A DNA stretch of 64,000 nt from positions 1 to 64,000 of the forward strand of contig NIVC01003363.1 in assembly GCA_002269645.1 (NCBI GenBank). The letters run 5' to 3'. Origin of the DNA: Macrostomum lignano. Lineage: Eukaryota. The notes under the pieces are model-generated. The model did not search any database, was not told where the DNA came from, and was given only the letters and a program-made list of their open reading frames with translations. The translations under genes were made by a program, and so were the position numbers. Numbering within the stretch: the stretch's first letter is position 1; every line of letters starts with the position of its first letter. Below, piece after piece: positions 11,561 to 26,500 of this stretch.

Positions 11561-14500
11561 ATGAGCATTGTCACTGTTCTAGAAAACTCACTTTCTCAAG
11601 GTAAGAATAAGTTTGTTGATTTTTACTTTCTTATAACTATACTAGAGCTACACTTACTAGTTGACCTAGAATAAGACTAAGTAATTATTTGTTGAACAGT
11701 ATATCTTAGCTAGGCTAAGCCTACTAGTACTAGTACTAGGTCCTATTATTCAATGAAAAAATAAGACTGGTTAGGCCTATAGCTTTTTTGTTTATAGGTA
11801 TATGGCAGATTGGCAGGTGGATTACAGTTGTTTCAGTGACAAGACATTTTGGCGACAGTAATTTTAGTGACAAGCAAAAGCCAATTTGGTGACAAGAAAA
11901 ATATCCTTTGGTGATGTCCATTTTGTTTTTAAATAGTAAATTACCTTGCAAATCTTAAGAGATATTAAACCTTAACTTTTTTAATTATATTCTGTAATGG
12001 TAGAGTATTGCTTTGTTTAATTTGTTTATTTACAATTCCAGATTTGCAATCTATTGAATTTATGTTTCCAATCTAATTCCTATTGTGTCTAGTGAATCCA
12101 CATTCTAGATCATGTAGTATATGCCCAAAAATTTGGGCATGCATGGGCCTTGCATGCCAAAAGTAGACATGCACAGTTGGTGTACATCATTCCTAAAAAA
12201 TATACCTGGCATGCACTTTATTGAATCATGCAGAAGAGTTATTGTGAAATAGACAAAAAGGTAAAAAAGTTCATTTTTAAGCATTAATTTCCTTCTTTAT
12301 GGGTTTCTAGGCTCGTAAAAAGGCATTTAAACAAACCTTTGTGTGTATCAATTTTCTACTATAAATAGTATTGCCTAAAAAGTAGAAAAATTAACCAAAA
12401 TTATTTGTCAAAAAGGGTCTATTATGCAATGAAAAGAAAAAAGGTCATTTTTTGTCACAATATAATTCATAAAAAGGGTCATTTATTGTTGCAACATTGG
12501 CGGAGTTTTAAGAATAGGCATGCACTCATTCTTTTTTTCATCATGCATTTGTAACTATTGATTTTTGTTTGGGCATGCACCTGTTTTCTCTGTTTCAATA
12601 TATCTGTTTTTCCCATAGTCAGAATTTCATGAGGATTCTCTAGGTTTATGGTCTATATGTCTAAATATTCTGGGGCAATTCAAAACAATCTGCATAGAAA
12701 AAAAACCATATAATTAGTTTGATTTTTTTCCTATATACTAATCTTTCAATAGAAATTTTCAAATATGAACAAAACATAAATCTCAACCAAATAATTACAA
12801 GCTGATATTATGAAGCACCTCCTGTCACTAAAATGACTATACTTATAAATTATTTCAGTTTGTATCAAAAATGAAGTATGTCTGTAACAAAAGCAACTTG
12901 TTACCAAAACAACTATTTATCAGTAAAACATCTCACCAAAACAACTGGTACCCATGGCAGGCTACCTTTTGAATGCCATTGGCATATTTTCTTAGAGTTT
13001 GTATATTTCTACATTTTATTCATTGACATTGTTTTTTATTTCTGTATTTTTAGGCTTATAAGCTTTAAAGTCTAAAATGGCAAAGGGAAGGTAGTAATAT
13101 GTTTGTGCCAGATAATTTTATAATACATTTATAACTTAATTAAAATTGCACTTACTATTTATAGATTTGACATTAGGCCTATAAGCTCAGTTTTTGGATC
13201 CAACTAAGAACCAAGATAAGAAAGCAGCTTTTTAAATTTACAACAATAATGGCCAAGGCACTAAGATAATAAGAGGGTCAAAATGTAGCATCTATATATT
13301 AAAAATGGTTTGTTGGTAGGTAAATAGGTATTTATATAATCAATTTAAAAAAATGGCTTAACCAATATTTTAAATAATAACAACAACAACCAAAAATTAT
13401 ATAGCCTTGCAAGCAAAGTCACAAAGCAGGGTATATTGGATAGCATGTCATCACAGAGCCTAATAATAGATAAACTCTACCTTATTGGCAGTGTTAGGCA
13501 CCTTAATATTGCATAAAAGGCAGTTTACATATAGATAGGTTTGGCCTTGACCCCACCTAAAATTCTTCAAACTTGCACCATTCAATTAAAAATTTTCCTA
13601 TGATAGTACATGTGTCTTGGCCAGGCGCCACAGAACAGGGGGGGCAGGGGGGGGGCAGCTGCCCCCCTGACATTGAGTTGCAGGGGGGCATTGCCCCCCT
13701 CAAATACCATTCAATAGCATAATTTTGCTCAAATTTTTGGTCATTGTCCAAGACAGGGTCTGGGCTTGGAAACTTGGTCTTTCCAAGACCAAGACCAAGT
13801 TTTGGAAACTTGGTCTTGCCCCCCTGGCAAAAACTTGTTCCGCAGCGCCTGGTCTTGGCTAAGAAATTGCTCAATGTTAAAGGGAATAAATATTAAAAAA
13901 ACATGCTTTTTTGCAAAGGCCAAGCAAACTTGTTGACTTGAAATACATTGCAAGAATGCTAGAGAAAAAACTGATTAGCTGAATTCTAATGCTACTAAAA
14001 ATTGTATCATAATTGTGTTGTAACTTCAACTTGAATTACCTCATTGTGTTGAACAGGTTTCTAGTTCTTTTGTCTGCTGACAGCTCATTTGCTAAGTGGA
14101 CAAAAAACCTTTTTCTTTTAAAACTATTTGTCTACTGGGAAATAAGGATAGGGATGAGAATAGGGTGGGGAGCCACTTAACAATGTCTTTGTTAATAGTA
14201 TTATGTCTAAAACTAGTATAGATTGTCATGTTCAAAGATACCAACCCCTGCAACAAATTGGACCACATTTAGCATGGTTAACTATATAAGCAAATGAATT
14301 AAAAAATATTTTAAAAAATCAAAACAAATTTAAATTTTGTTTTGCAAACCTCTTTTCTAAAGTTTATGTATTAGTCAATCAAAGTTGGTATAATGTGCCG
14401 ATTTTGAAATATCAATTTGGTATATCAACATGGTATATCAAGATTAATAAGCATTAATTTGAATGCTAGAATTTTTTGTATAATTGGATATGTTTAATTG

Positions 14501-17500
14501 ATTTCATCATTTTGACTATACTTTATGAAGCAATTAATGAGAGGACTAAATTTGAAAAATTAGAAAACTTAAAAAATTCTCTTTTTAAATATATATAACT
14601 TTTGGCTTATTATGTCTTTGCTTATAATATCCATGAGTATAAAATAAAAATATATATATTTAAAATGAAATTTTTAACATTTATAGGCTTTCAAAATATC
14701 GCTAAGGTTCCTACTATTGGTTTGTAAGATAATTTAGAGGAAAGTAGATAATCTTTCAGTTTTAGTCTATTAATACCATGGTTAGGAGTAGTCAAAGTAA
14801 TTCTTTGCTATTGCTCTGGCCTCTGTGTGTACCATCTATATGCCAGAACTTTAGGGTCCTACATTTTTGTGTGCAAAACAAGACACATTAAAACAATAAT
14901 ACAGGCATGGTAAGTAGTAAGTAGTATTTGCTAATAATTGCTTGTATGGTTCTCAATTGTATTAAAAGGTCAATGGGCTAATTACATTTAATTTGTATGC
15001 AATTCCTAAGTTTCTCATTCAACCACTGTTGTAGACAAGGCCCAGCGCGAGACTGCGCTCAACTTTCTGCAAGATGCAGCCAACCAGAATCTGGTGAGTT
15101 ATTGGTGTGTGCAGCCGTGCTAATTATCCTGCCATTAGCAGCTGGATAAAACCCCGGTGGGCCTCCCTGTTCTAGGTGCAGTTCCTACGCCAGCTGTCCG
15201 AGATCCTGCGCGATGTTAACAACACCACCTTCGTCAGGATGCAGGCCGGCCTGCAGCTCAAGAACCAGCTGTACTCCAAGAATAGCTCAGTCAGGATGCA
15301 GCTGGGCCAACAGTGGCTCACCATTCCGGAGGCTGACAGGAGCTACATTAAAGAGAATGTAAGCTGTCATTCTTAAACTCTATTTGAATTATCCTGTTTG
15401 TCCATTGTCCTGTTTGATTGGGGCACAGCAGCTCAGCGGTAAACCCATGAGGAAGTTGTCGCACAGAGAGTGTACACGCCCGGCTATAAGAAAGTCGGGG
15501 CCACTGTACACCCTGATTGAGCGTGAGCGTGTCGTACAGCATGAGTGCGTGCCTGCTTACAATATTGTCGCGTTTGTATGTGCTCAGGAGCCAGCGGAAT
15601 GGAGAATTGCCTCAGCGCTGGAAGTAACCTTGGCGCTGAAGTCACCTGTAAAAGATTTTCTAAGAAACGAAAAGCCGAGTATCTGATGTGTAAAATGTAA
15701 ACCTTGGCGCTGAAGTCACCTGTAAAAGATTTTCTAAGAAACGAAAAGCCGAGTATCTGATGTGTAAAATGTAAACCCTGGCGCTGAAGTCTCCTGTAAA
15801 AGATTTTCTAAGAAACGAAAAGCCGAGTATCTGATGTTTAAAATGTAAACCTTGGCGCTGAAGTCACATGTAAAATATTTTCTAAGAAACGAAAAGCCGA
15901 GTATCTGATGTGTAAAATGTAAACCTTGGCGCTGAAGTCACCTGTAAAAGATTTTCTAAGAAACGAAAAGCCGAGTATCTGATGTTTAAAATGTAAACCC
16001 TGGCGCTGAAGTCACCTGTAAAATATTTTCTAAGAAACGAAAAGCCGAGTATCTGATGTGTAAAATGTAAACCTTGGCGCTGAAGTCACCTGTAAAAGAT
16101 TTTCTAAGAAACGAAAAGCCGAGTATCTGATGTGTAAAATGTAAACCCTGGCGCTGAAGTCACCTGTAAAAGATTTTCTAAGAAACGAAAAGCCGAGTAT
16201 CTGATGTTTAAAATGTAAACCTTGGCGCTGAAGTCACATGTAAAATATTTTCTAAGAAACGAAAAGCCGAGTATCTGATGTGTAAAATGTAAACCTTGGC
16301 GCTGAAGTCACCTGTAAAAGATTTTCTAAGAAACGAAAAGCCGAGTATCTGATGTGTAAAATGTAAACCTTGGCGCTGAAGTCACCTGTAAAAGATTTTC
16401 TAAGAAACGAAAAGCCGAGTATCTGATGTGTAAAATGTAAACCCTGGCGCTGAAGTCACCTGTAAAAGATTTTCTAAGAAACGAAAAGCCGAGTATCTGA
16501 TGTGTAAAATGTAAACCCTGGCGCTGAAGTCACCTGTAAAAGATTTTCTAAGAAACGAAAAGCCGAGTATCTGATGTGTAAAATGTAAACCCTGGCGCTG
16601 AAGTCACATGTAAAAGATTTTCTAAGAAACGAAAAGCCGAGTATCTGATGTGTAAAATGTAAACCCTGGCGCTGAAGTCTCCTGTAAAAGATTTTCTAAG
16701 AAACGAAAAGCCGAGTATCTGATGTGTAAAATGTAAAAAGCCTGTTTCATCTGCCATGTTGCTATGACATGTAAATTAAAATGCAATTGCGCGTCGCGTC
16801 TGAGGGCTGTGTGAGTTTTTTGCATAAACTGCCAGCGATGTAAGTTAAGCATATTTGATTGTGGTTAGAACGCAACTAAATAGGCTTATGTCACCCCTTC
16901 AGTAGAGCCCCAAATTGAACCTTGACCCCCCGCAGTGCCTGCTCACCCTGGGCACGGAGGTGCAGAGCTCCGCCGCCCAGGCGGTGGCCTACATCGCCGT
17001 GATCGAGCTGCCGGCCGGCCAGTGGGCCAACCTCATGCAGGTGCTGGTTGCTAACGTTGTGGACCAGGCCAGCACTCCGCTGAAGAAGCAGGCCACTCTA
17101 CAGGCCATTGGCTACATCTGCCAGGATATTGTGAGTTGTTTGTCATGTTTTTATGCTTACTGACATTTTTGCTACTTCAAGTTCGTCTCGATTGTAACCA
17201 TCATTTTCAGGTAATTTAAATATGTCAATTACATGTATGCTAGATTGAAAATCATATCATTATTCTCTAATATCGTTTTTCTATCTAAAACATATTTCTC
17301 GAATATCATAATTCTCGAGTGTCATGATCTCGAATGTCATAATCATACATGCGCAACCCCCCCCCCCTGATTTACACTGGCCGTGTGACTTACGAGTACT
17401 GTTTGACCAAAAATGCAACTTACCTGTGAAAGAAACCCTAGAGCAAAAATTAACGCAATTGTGGGTAAATGGCAGAAGTAACTATAATTGTCTTATTAAG

Positions 17501-20500
17501 GCTGAATACCTCGTCATCTAATTAGTACTACGCCAGTCGGCCATGTGTTGCGCATGTATGGTCATAATTCTTATAAGTATCACAATTCTCTATTATTACA
17601 TTTTTTGAATGTCATAATTGTGAAGTTTCATGCCAGGTAAGTCACATTTGTTATTGAACTGCAGTCTACATCAGATTCCACCTGCTAAACGCCGCCCATC
17701 TCCCTCTGCCTCCCCGCCCCCGCTCGCCGCCCTGCACTCGTCAAGATGGTAAGCTGCGGCTCTGTTAGGATTCTTCCTCTCCTTGCCCTTTGTTATCACA
17801 ATATTGACATTTTATTTGCTTTCGATGGCTTGCAGTTTCAATAATTGATGCATTTACCTGTCAATCACTGCGTGCTTGCTGGCCAGTTGACCAACTGCCA
17901 GCTGTAGTTTGGTAGCAGCTTAACAGTTAATCTCTAATCCCCAATTATGGCTATCCGACTTAAATCCCTTTCTCATTGCCGGCTGCAGTTTGCCTAATCT
18001 GACTGAATTGGCTTGCAATTTGTTTATTAATTATCATAATTCGGTTGCGTAGTGATCCGATATCTGCTGATATTTATTTCTACTGCTGACTGCATACTCT
18101 GGTTCATTAAATCGGCCAGCTTATTCCAATATTAATCAATTATGTTGTCAACGGTCTTAGAAATTGTCTCATTAGACTAGTTTTCATACTGTTTATTTAG
18201 CAATTTTACACAGCTATTTTTTGCATTGCCTTGCTGTTGTGCCTACCTGTCTGCTGCATCTACCTGTCTGGGTGTGTCTGCCTGTCCACCTTAATTTAGA
18301 CTGTCTACCCGCAGGAATCGCCCTCCCCCACCAGGTTCTCTCATCCTTCATCAGATCCTCCCCCATGGGAATCCCCCCGATCCTCCTTATGGGAATCCCC
18401 CTCGATCCTCCCCATGGGAATCCCCCCGATCCTCCCCATGGGAATCCCCCCGATCCTCCTCATGGGAATCCCCCGATCCTTCTCATGGGAATCCCCCCGA
18501 TCCTCCTCATGGGAATCCCCCTGATCCTCCCCATGGGAATCCCCGATCCTCCTCATGGGAATCCCCCCGATCCTCCCCATGGGAATCCCCCCGATCCTCC
18601 TCATGGGAATCCTCCCGATCCTCCCCATGGAAATCCCCCGATCCTCCCCATGGGAATCCCCCGATCCTCCTCATGGGAATCCTCCCGATCCTCCCCATGA
18701 GAATCCCCCGATCCTCCCCATGGGAATCCCCCGATCCTCATGGGAATCCCCCGATCCTCCCCATAGGAATCCCCAAGATCCGATCCTCCCATGGAATCGC
18801 CCCTTAACAGATCCAACATGTGATCGACCCCTCCAACAGATCTTCCACATGGAATCGCCCAGTATCCCAGCTCCATCAAGCCGCCCCCGCACCCCAGGAC
18901 CCGAACTTCCTGTCGGCGCAGAGCAACGAGATCCTCACGGCCATCGTGAACGGCATGAAGAAGGAGGAGCAGAACAGCAACGTGCGGCTGGCGGCCACGC
19001 AGGCCCTGCTCAACAGCCTGGAGTTCACCAAGCAGAACTTCGACATTGACGCGGAGCGGCACTACATCATGCAGGTGGTGTGCGAGGCCACCCAGTGCGC
19101 CGAGACCGGCATCAAAGTGGCCGCCCTGCAGTGCCTGGTCAAGATTATGAATCTGTATTATCAGTACATGGAGACCTATATGAACCAGGCCTTGTTTGCC
19201 GTGAGTACATTGGCTGCAATTATCTTAGCCGTATTCTTCTACTTATAGTAAGTAGTATTGCAATACAGTAAAATGTCATTTTGCAATCGGAGACTAAAAG
19301 AAGTGCCCCAGCCACCCGAGCAGTGCATCTGCGGCGCATGAAACCTGTCTCCTACATTAAAGCCATTTTGCTGCTTCTGCAGGCTGAGAACAACGGGGTT
19401 TTCCGCTGAGACTCTCATTTGTTATTCCCCGCTACTCTGACCTGCTACACGTTTTATTGTATTCGTGTTTTATCTTTAAATTGCTAACATTCGCTTATCA
19501 CATGGACTCTAAAAATCTGTCATTTTAAATTTTTAATTCAAACTCCAGTCTCAATTGAATATCCAGGGTCCAGTCCCAATTGAATATCCAGGGTCCAGTC
19601 CCAATTGAATATCCAGGGTCCAGTTTCAATTGAATATCCAGGGTCCAGTTTCAATTGAATATCCAGGGTCCAGTCCCAATTGAATATCCAGGGTCCAGTC
19701 CCAATTGAATATCCAGGGTCCAGTCCCAATTGAATATCCAGGGTCCAGTCCCAATTGAATATCCAGGGTCCAGTCCCAATTGAATATCCAGGGTCCAGTT
19801 TCAATTGAATATCCAGGGTCCAGTCCCAATTGAATATCCAGGGTCCAGTCCCAATTGAATATCCAGGGTCCAGTCCAATTGAATATCCAGGGTCCAGTCC
19901 CAATTGAATATCCAGGGTCCAGTTTCAATTGAATATCCAGGGTCCAGTTTCAATTGAATATCCAGGGTCCAGTTTCAATTGAATATCCAGGGTCCAGTCC
20001 CAATTAAACATCCAGGGTCCAAACCAATCGCTAAATCCCCCACACCTCAGATCACCTACGAGGCGATGAAGAGCGAGGTGGAAGAGGTGGCCCTGCAGGG
20101 CATCGAGTTCTGGTCCACCGTGTGCGAGGAGGAGATCGACCTGGCCATCGACGAGCAGGAGAGCGAGGAGAAGGGCCTGCCGCCCACCGTCAGCAGCAAG
20201 CACTACGCCCGCGGCGCCCTGCCCTACCTGGTGCCCATTCTCACCGCCACCCTCACCAGGCAGGAGGAGCAGGACGACGAGGACGACTGGGGCCCGTGCA
20301 AGGCGGCCACGGTCTGCCTCATGCTGCTGGCCCAGTGCGCCGGCGATGCCATCGTGGGCGCCGTGTTGCCCTTCGTCAACGACCACATCCGGTCCGAGAA
20401 CTGGCGCTTCCGGTGCGTGGCCTCCAGATGATCCTTGTGGACTAGGGATAATCCCTGTGTTCTAGTGGGTATTCAGTGTGGTGTTGGGTTAATCCATGTT

Positions 20501-23500
20501 AGCTGGGGATTGTTGGTGGGGCATAGGGATAATCCATGTGGATTGGGGATTGTTGGTGGGGCATGGGGATAATCCATGTGGATTGGGGATTGTTGGTGGG
20601 GCATGGGGATAATACATGTGGGTTGGGGATTGTTGGTGGGGCATGGGGATAATCCATGTGGGTTGGGGATTGTTGGTGGGGCATGGGGATAATACATGTG
20701 GGTTGGGGATTGTTGGTGTGGCATGGGGATAATACATGTGGGTTGGGGATTGTTGGTGTGGCATGGGGATAATCCATGTGGGTTGGGGATTGTTAGCGGG
20801 GCATGGGGATAATCCATGTGGGTTGGGGATTGTTGGTGGGGCATGGGGATAATCCACGTGGGTTGGGGATTGTTAGCGGGGCATGGGGATAATCCATGTG
20901 GGTTGGGGATTGTTAGCGGGGCATGGGGATAATCCACGTGGGTTGGAGATTGTTGGTGGGGCATGGGGATAATCCATGTGGGTTGGGGATTGTTAGCGGG
21001 GCATGGGGATAATCCATGTGGGTTGGGGATTGTTAGCGGGGCATAGGGATAATCCACGTGGGTTGGAGATTGTTGGTGGGGCATGGGGATAATCCATGTG
21101 GGTTGGGGATTGTTAGCGGGGCATGGGGATAATCCATGTGGGTTGGGGATTGTTAGCGGGGCATAGGGATAATCCACGTGGGTTGGAGATTGTTGGTGGG
21201 GCATGGGGATAATCCATGTGGGTTGGGGATTGTTAGAGCGGCATGGGGATAATCCATGTGGGTTGGGGATTGTTGGTGGGGCATGGGGATAATCCATGTG
21301 GGTTGGGGATTGTTAGCGGGGCATGGGGATAATCCATGTGGTTTGGGGATTGTTGGTGTGGCATGGGGATAATCCATGTGGGTTGGAGATTGTTGGTGGG
21401 GCATGGGGATAATCCATGTGGGTTGGAGATTGTTGGTGGGGCATGGGGATAATCCATGTGGGTTGGAGATTGTTGGTGTGGCATGGGGATAATCCATGTG
21501 GGTTGGGGATTGTTAGCGGGGCATGGGGATAATCCATGTGGTTTGGGGATTGAAGCGGGGCATGGGGATAATCCATGTGGGTTGGAGATTGTTGGTGGGG
21601 CATGGGGATAATCCATGTGGGTTGGAGATTGTTGGTGTGGCATGGGGATAATCCATGTGGGTTGGGGATTGTTGGTGGGGCATGGGGATAATCCATGTGG
21701 TTTGGGGATTGTTAGCGGGGCATGGGGATAATACATGTGGTTTGGGGATTGTTAGCGGGGCATGGGGATAATCCATGTGGGTTGGGGATTGTTAGCGGGG
21801 CATGGGGATAATCCACGTGGGTTGGAGATTGTTGGTGGGGCATGGGGATAATCCATGTGGGTTGGAGATTGTTGGTGTGGCATGGGAATAATTCATGTGG
21901 GTTGGGGATTGTTGGTGGGGCATGGGGATAATCCATGTGGGTTGCATATTGTTAGCGGGGCATGGGGATAATCCATGTGGGTTGGAGATTGTTGGTGTGG
22001 CATGGGGATAATCCATGTGGGTTGGGGATTGTTGGTGGGGCATGGGGATAATCCATGTGGTTTGGGGATTGTTAGCGGGGCATGGGGATAATACATGTGG
22101 TTTGGGGATTGTTAGCGGGGCATGGGGATAATCCATGTGGGTTGGAGATTGTTGGGGCATGGGGATAATCCATGTGGTTTGGGGATTGTTAGCGGGGCAT
22201 GGGATAATACATGTGGGTTGGGGAGTTTTTGAGGGGCATGGGGATAATCCATGTGGGTTGGGGATTGTTGGTGGGGCATGGGGATAATCCATGTGGGTTG
22301 GGGATTGTTGGTGGGGCATGGGGATAATCCATGTGGATTGGGGATTGTTAGCGGGCATGGGGATAATCCATGTGGGTTGGGGATTGTTGGTGGGGCATGG
22401 GGATAATCCATGTGGATTGGGGATTGTTAGCGGGGCATGGGGATAATCCATGTGGATTGGGGATTGTAAGCCAGGCATGGGGATAATCCATGTTTGCTTT
22501 GGATTCTTAGAGCTCTCCACGCCGACACCACTATTTTACAGCGACGCCGCCGTGATGTCGTTCGGCTGCATCCTGGAGGGCCCGGACCCGACAACCTGCG
22601 CAGCCTGGTTGAGAACGCCCTGCCCGTCATCATCGAGCTGCTGCGCGATCCGTCAAATGTTGTCCGCGACACCTCGGCCTGGACCATCGGCCGCGTGCTG
22701 GACACCCTGCCTGGCCTGGTGGTGCAGGAGAAGTTCCTCAACCCGCTGCTGCACGGCCTGGTGGAGGGCCTCGGAGCCGAGCCGCGGGTGGCTGCCAACG
22801 TCTGCTGGGCCTTCAGCAGCCTCGCCTCCGCCGCCTACGACCAGGCAGTCAGCCAGGTGAAGCGGCCCTGCTTGACTGAACCTCATTGTTTGCCACAATT
22901 CTCCCTCTGAATCTCACAGTTTGCCACAAATCTCCCCCTGAATCTCACTGTTTGCCACAAATCTCCCCCTGAATCTCACAGTTTGCCACAAACGCCACCT
23001 GAATCTCACTGTTTGCCACAAACGCCACCTGAATCTCACTGTTTGCCACAAACGCCACCTGAATCTCACTGTTTGCCACAAACGCCACCTGAATCTCACT
23101 GTTTGCCACAAACGCCACCTGAATCTCACTGTTTGCCACAAACGCCACCTGAATCTCACTGTTTGCCACAAACGCCACCTGAATCTCACCACCAGGCCGG
23201 CACGTCGGACAACCGCAGCGCCCAGGTGGAGACCTACTGCCTGAGCGGCTTCTTCGAGCCGATCGTCGGCAAGCTGCTGGAGACGACGGACCGGCAGGAG
23301 GCAGGGCAGCACAACCTGCGCAACGCGGCCTACCACGCGCTGATGGAGATGCTGAAGCACTCGCCCAGGGACTGCTACGCCACCCTGCAGAAAACCACGC
23401 TTATTGTGATGCAGCGGCTCAAGAGCATTCAGGCAAGGCCAGCGAACATGATTAGCCCAGTGGCGGATCTAGAGTTTCATTTTGGGGGGGGCGGTCCAAG

Positions 23501-26500
23501 TTTGGGGCGCCAACACGAGTGTAAGGGGCGCCAATTTTTAAGCTAGGGGGCGCAAAAAATGCTTTTGGGGCGAAAAATCAAGCTTAGGGGCGCAAAAAAG
23601 GCGTTTGGGGGCAAAGAATCAAGTTTAGGGGGCACAATATGTTCGGTCAAGCTATTATTGGGGGGGGGCGGTCGCCCCCCCCCCTAAATCCGCCCCTGAG
23701 TATGCTGTGTTGCCCGTTGCAAACGTTATTGTGCCAGCAGTCGCTAAAGAGTCATTGCAAACTAACCACTGACTCTAGCGACTCTGGTACGACTCGTGTG
23801 ACTTTCCAACGACTCAAACGACTGGTAATATGATGGAGATGCGACTGTTGAGTCAGGAGCGCATCAACGTGCTGAACTTTCTACTAACTCAAGTAGAATA
23901 AATAGAGTTGTTCATTAAGTGCCGCAGATGCGCTTTAGACACAATTCAGTGATTCTACGGCGACTCTGGCTCGCCTCAGATACGACTCCACGGCCCCAGA
24001 GTCATTACAACAGTATCGCCCCAGAGTCACTTGCGTCGCCATGACGACTTTTTGGCTCTTTTTACCGTGACGTTTTAGAGTCGTCAAGAGTCACTTCTTT
24101 TCTATTCACCCGCAACGATTCTGAAAGGACTCTGGGCGAAGCAGGTGACCCTGGCAAATTTCTTGGCCTAGTTACCGTTTGCATCGGGTTGACTGGGTTC
24201 TGGGGAAAACAATTTCGCCGCGCTGCAAGTCCCAAACTGAGTGTTAGTCTGTTAAATTAAAATCGACTTGCATGTCGGAGTTTGTCTACTGATACGAGGT
24301 GAGTAGCAAGTATAGAGCGTGGCGCAAAAATCTTGCATGGCGGACAAAAAATTCTGTTCAGTCTAGCTAATGCTTGAAATTGGAATCTATATTAGGACAG
24401 AAAATGGTCCTGGCAGTGTCAACCGGGTTCGACTCCACTTTTGGCACACGGATAAACTTATTCAGCTTGAACCCAATCACCAACTACTTCAAGTAGCCAA
24501 TCCAGTAGCAGCTATAAATATCATTGAATTGTGATTTTTCTCCAACCATCCGTATAGGACGTGGCCGACAAGCTGCAGACCTCGCACGACCGGGCCCAGC
24601 TGAACGAGCTGCAGAGCATGCTGTGCGCCACCCTGCAGTCCGTGCTGCACAAGATCGACCGCAACGATGCGCCCAACATTGCCGACGCTGTCATGGAGCT
24701 GCTGCTCCGGATGCTCACCCAGCAGCAGGTGCAGCAGCACCAGCCCGCCGACGATGAGGCTGAGCAGCAGAGCGGCGTGCAGGAGGACGCCCTGCTGGCC
24801 ATGGCCGCCCTGGTGGACTGCCTTGGCGAGGACTTCATCAAGTACATGGAGGTCTTCAAGCCGGTGCTGCTCTCCTGCCTGCGCTCCGTTACTGAAACCC
24901 AGGTAGACGATTCAGCTCCCGTTTCTTGTGGCTTGCTGGCCAGTCAGCTGTGGAACTGCCAGTCTCCCAGATCCTCAGTTGCTGGGCCAGCCTCCCAGAT
25001 CCTCAGTTGCTAGGCCAGCCTCCCAGATCCTCAGTTGCTAGGCCAGCCTCCCAGATCCTCAGTTACTGGGCCAGGCTCCCAGATCCTCAGTTGCTGGGCC
25101 AGCCTCCCATATCCTCAGCTGCTAGGCCAGGCTCCCAGATCATCAGTTGCTGGGCCACCAGCCTCCCATATCCTCAGTTGCTAGGCCAGCCTCCCAGATC
25201 CTCAGTTGCTAGGCCAGCCTCCCAGATCCTCAGTTGCTAGGCCAGCCTCCCATATCCTCAGCTGCTAGGCCAGCCTCCCAGATCCTCAGTTGCCAGGCCA
25301 GCCTCCCAGATCCTCAGTTGCTGGGCCAGCCTCCCAGAGTGTCAGTTGCTGGGCCAGCCTCCCAGAACCTTAGTTGCTGGGCCAGCCTCCCATATCCTCA
25401 GTTGCTGGGCCACCAGCCTCCCAGAACCTTAGTTGCTGGGCCAGCCTCCCAGATCCTCAGTTGCTGGGCCAGCCTCCCATATCCTCAGTTGCTGGGCCAC
25501 CAGCCTCCCAGAACCTTAGTTGCTGGGCCAGCCTCCCAGATCCTCAGTTGCTGGGCCACCAGCCTCCCAGATCCTCAGTTGCTGGGCCAGTCTCCCAGAT
25601 CCTCAGTTGCTGGGCCAGCCTCCCAGATCCTCAGTTGCTAGGCCAGTCTCCCAGATCCTCAGTTGCCAGGCCAGCCTCCCATATCCTCAGCTGCTAGGCC
25701 AGCCTCCCAGATCATCAGTTGCTGGGCCACCAGCCTCCCATATCCTCAGTTGCTAGGCCAGCCTCCCAGATCCTCAGTTGCTAGGCCAGCCTCCCATATC
25801 CTCAGCTGCTGGGCCAGCCTCCCAGATCCTTAGTTGCTAGGCCAGCCTCCCATATCCTCAGTTGCTGGGCCAGCCTCCCAGAACCTTAGTTGCTGGGCCA
25901 GCCTCCCAGATCCTCAGTTGCTAGGCCAGTCTCCCAGATCCTCAGTTGCTAGGCCAGCCTCCCAGATCCTCAGTTGCTAGGCCAGCCTCCCAGATCCTCA
26001 GTTTCCAGGCCAGCCTCCCATATCCTCAGCTGCTAGGCCAGCCTCCCAGATCATCAGTTGCTGGGCCACCAGCCTCCCATATCCTCAGTTGCTAGGCCAG
26101 CCTCCCAGATCCTCAGTTGCTAGGCCAGCCTCCCAGATCCTCAGTTGCTAGGCCAGCCTCCCAGATCCTCAGTTGCCAGGCCAGCCTCCCATATCCTCAG
26201 CTGCTAGGCCAGCCTCCCAGATCATCAGTTGCTGGGCCACCAGCCTCCCATATCCTCAGTTGCTAGGCCAGCCTCCCAGATCCTCAGTTGCTAGGCCAGC
26301 CTCCCAGATCCTCAGCTGCTGGGCCAGCCTCCCAGATCCTTAGTTGCTAGGCCAGCCTCCCATATCCTCAGTTGCTGGGCCAGCCTCCCAGAACCTTAGT
26401 TGCTGGGCCAGCCTCCCAGATCCTCAGTTGCTAGGCCAGTCTCCCAGATCCTCAGTTGCTAGGCCAGCCTCCCAGATCCTCAGTTGCTAGGCCAGCCTCC

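Noticed and set aside
20473-22520. Long Pro/His-rich ORFs (also 33704-35914, 18221-19049, 24926-26878, 6659-7434)
   Set aside because: Translations of tandem repeats inside introns or spacers; open in many frames.
24424-24436. Isolated B-box-like GGTTCGACTCC (and GGTTCGAGTCC at ~8461)
   Set aside because: No A-box or cloverleaf; insufficient for a tRNA or SINE call.
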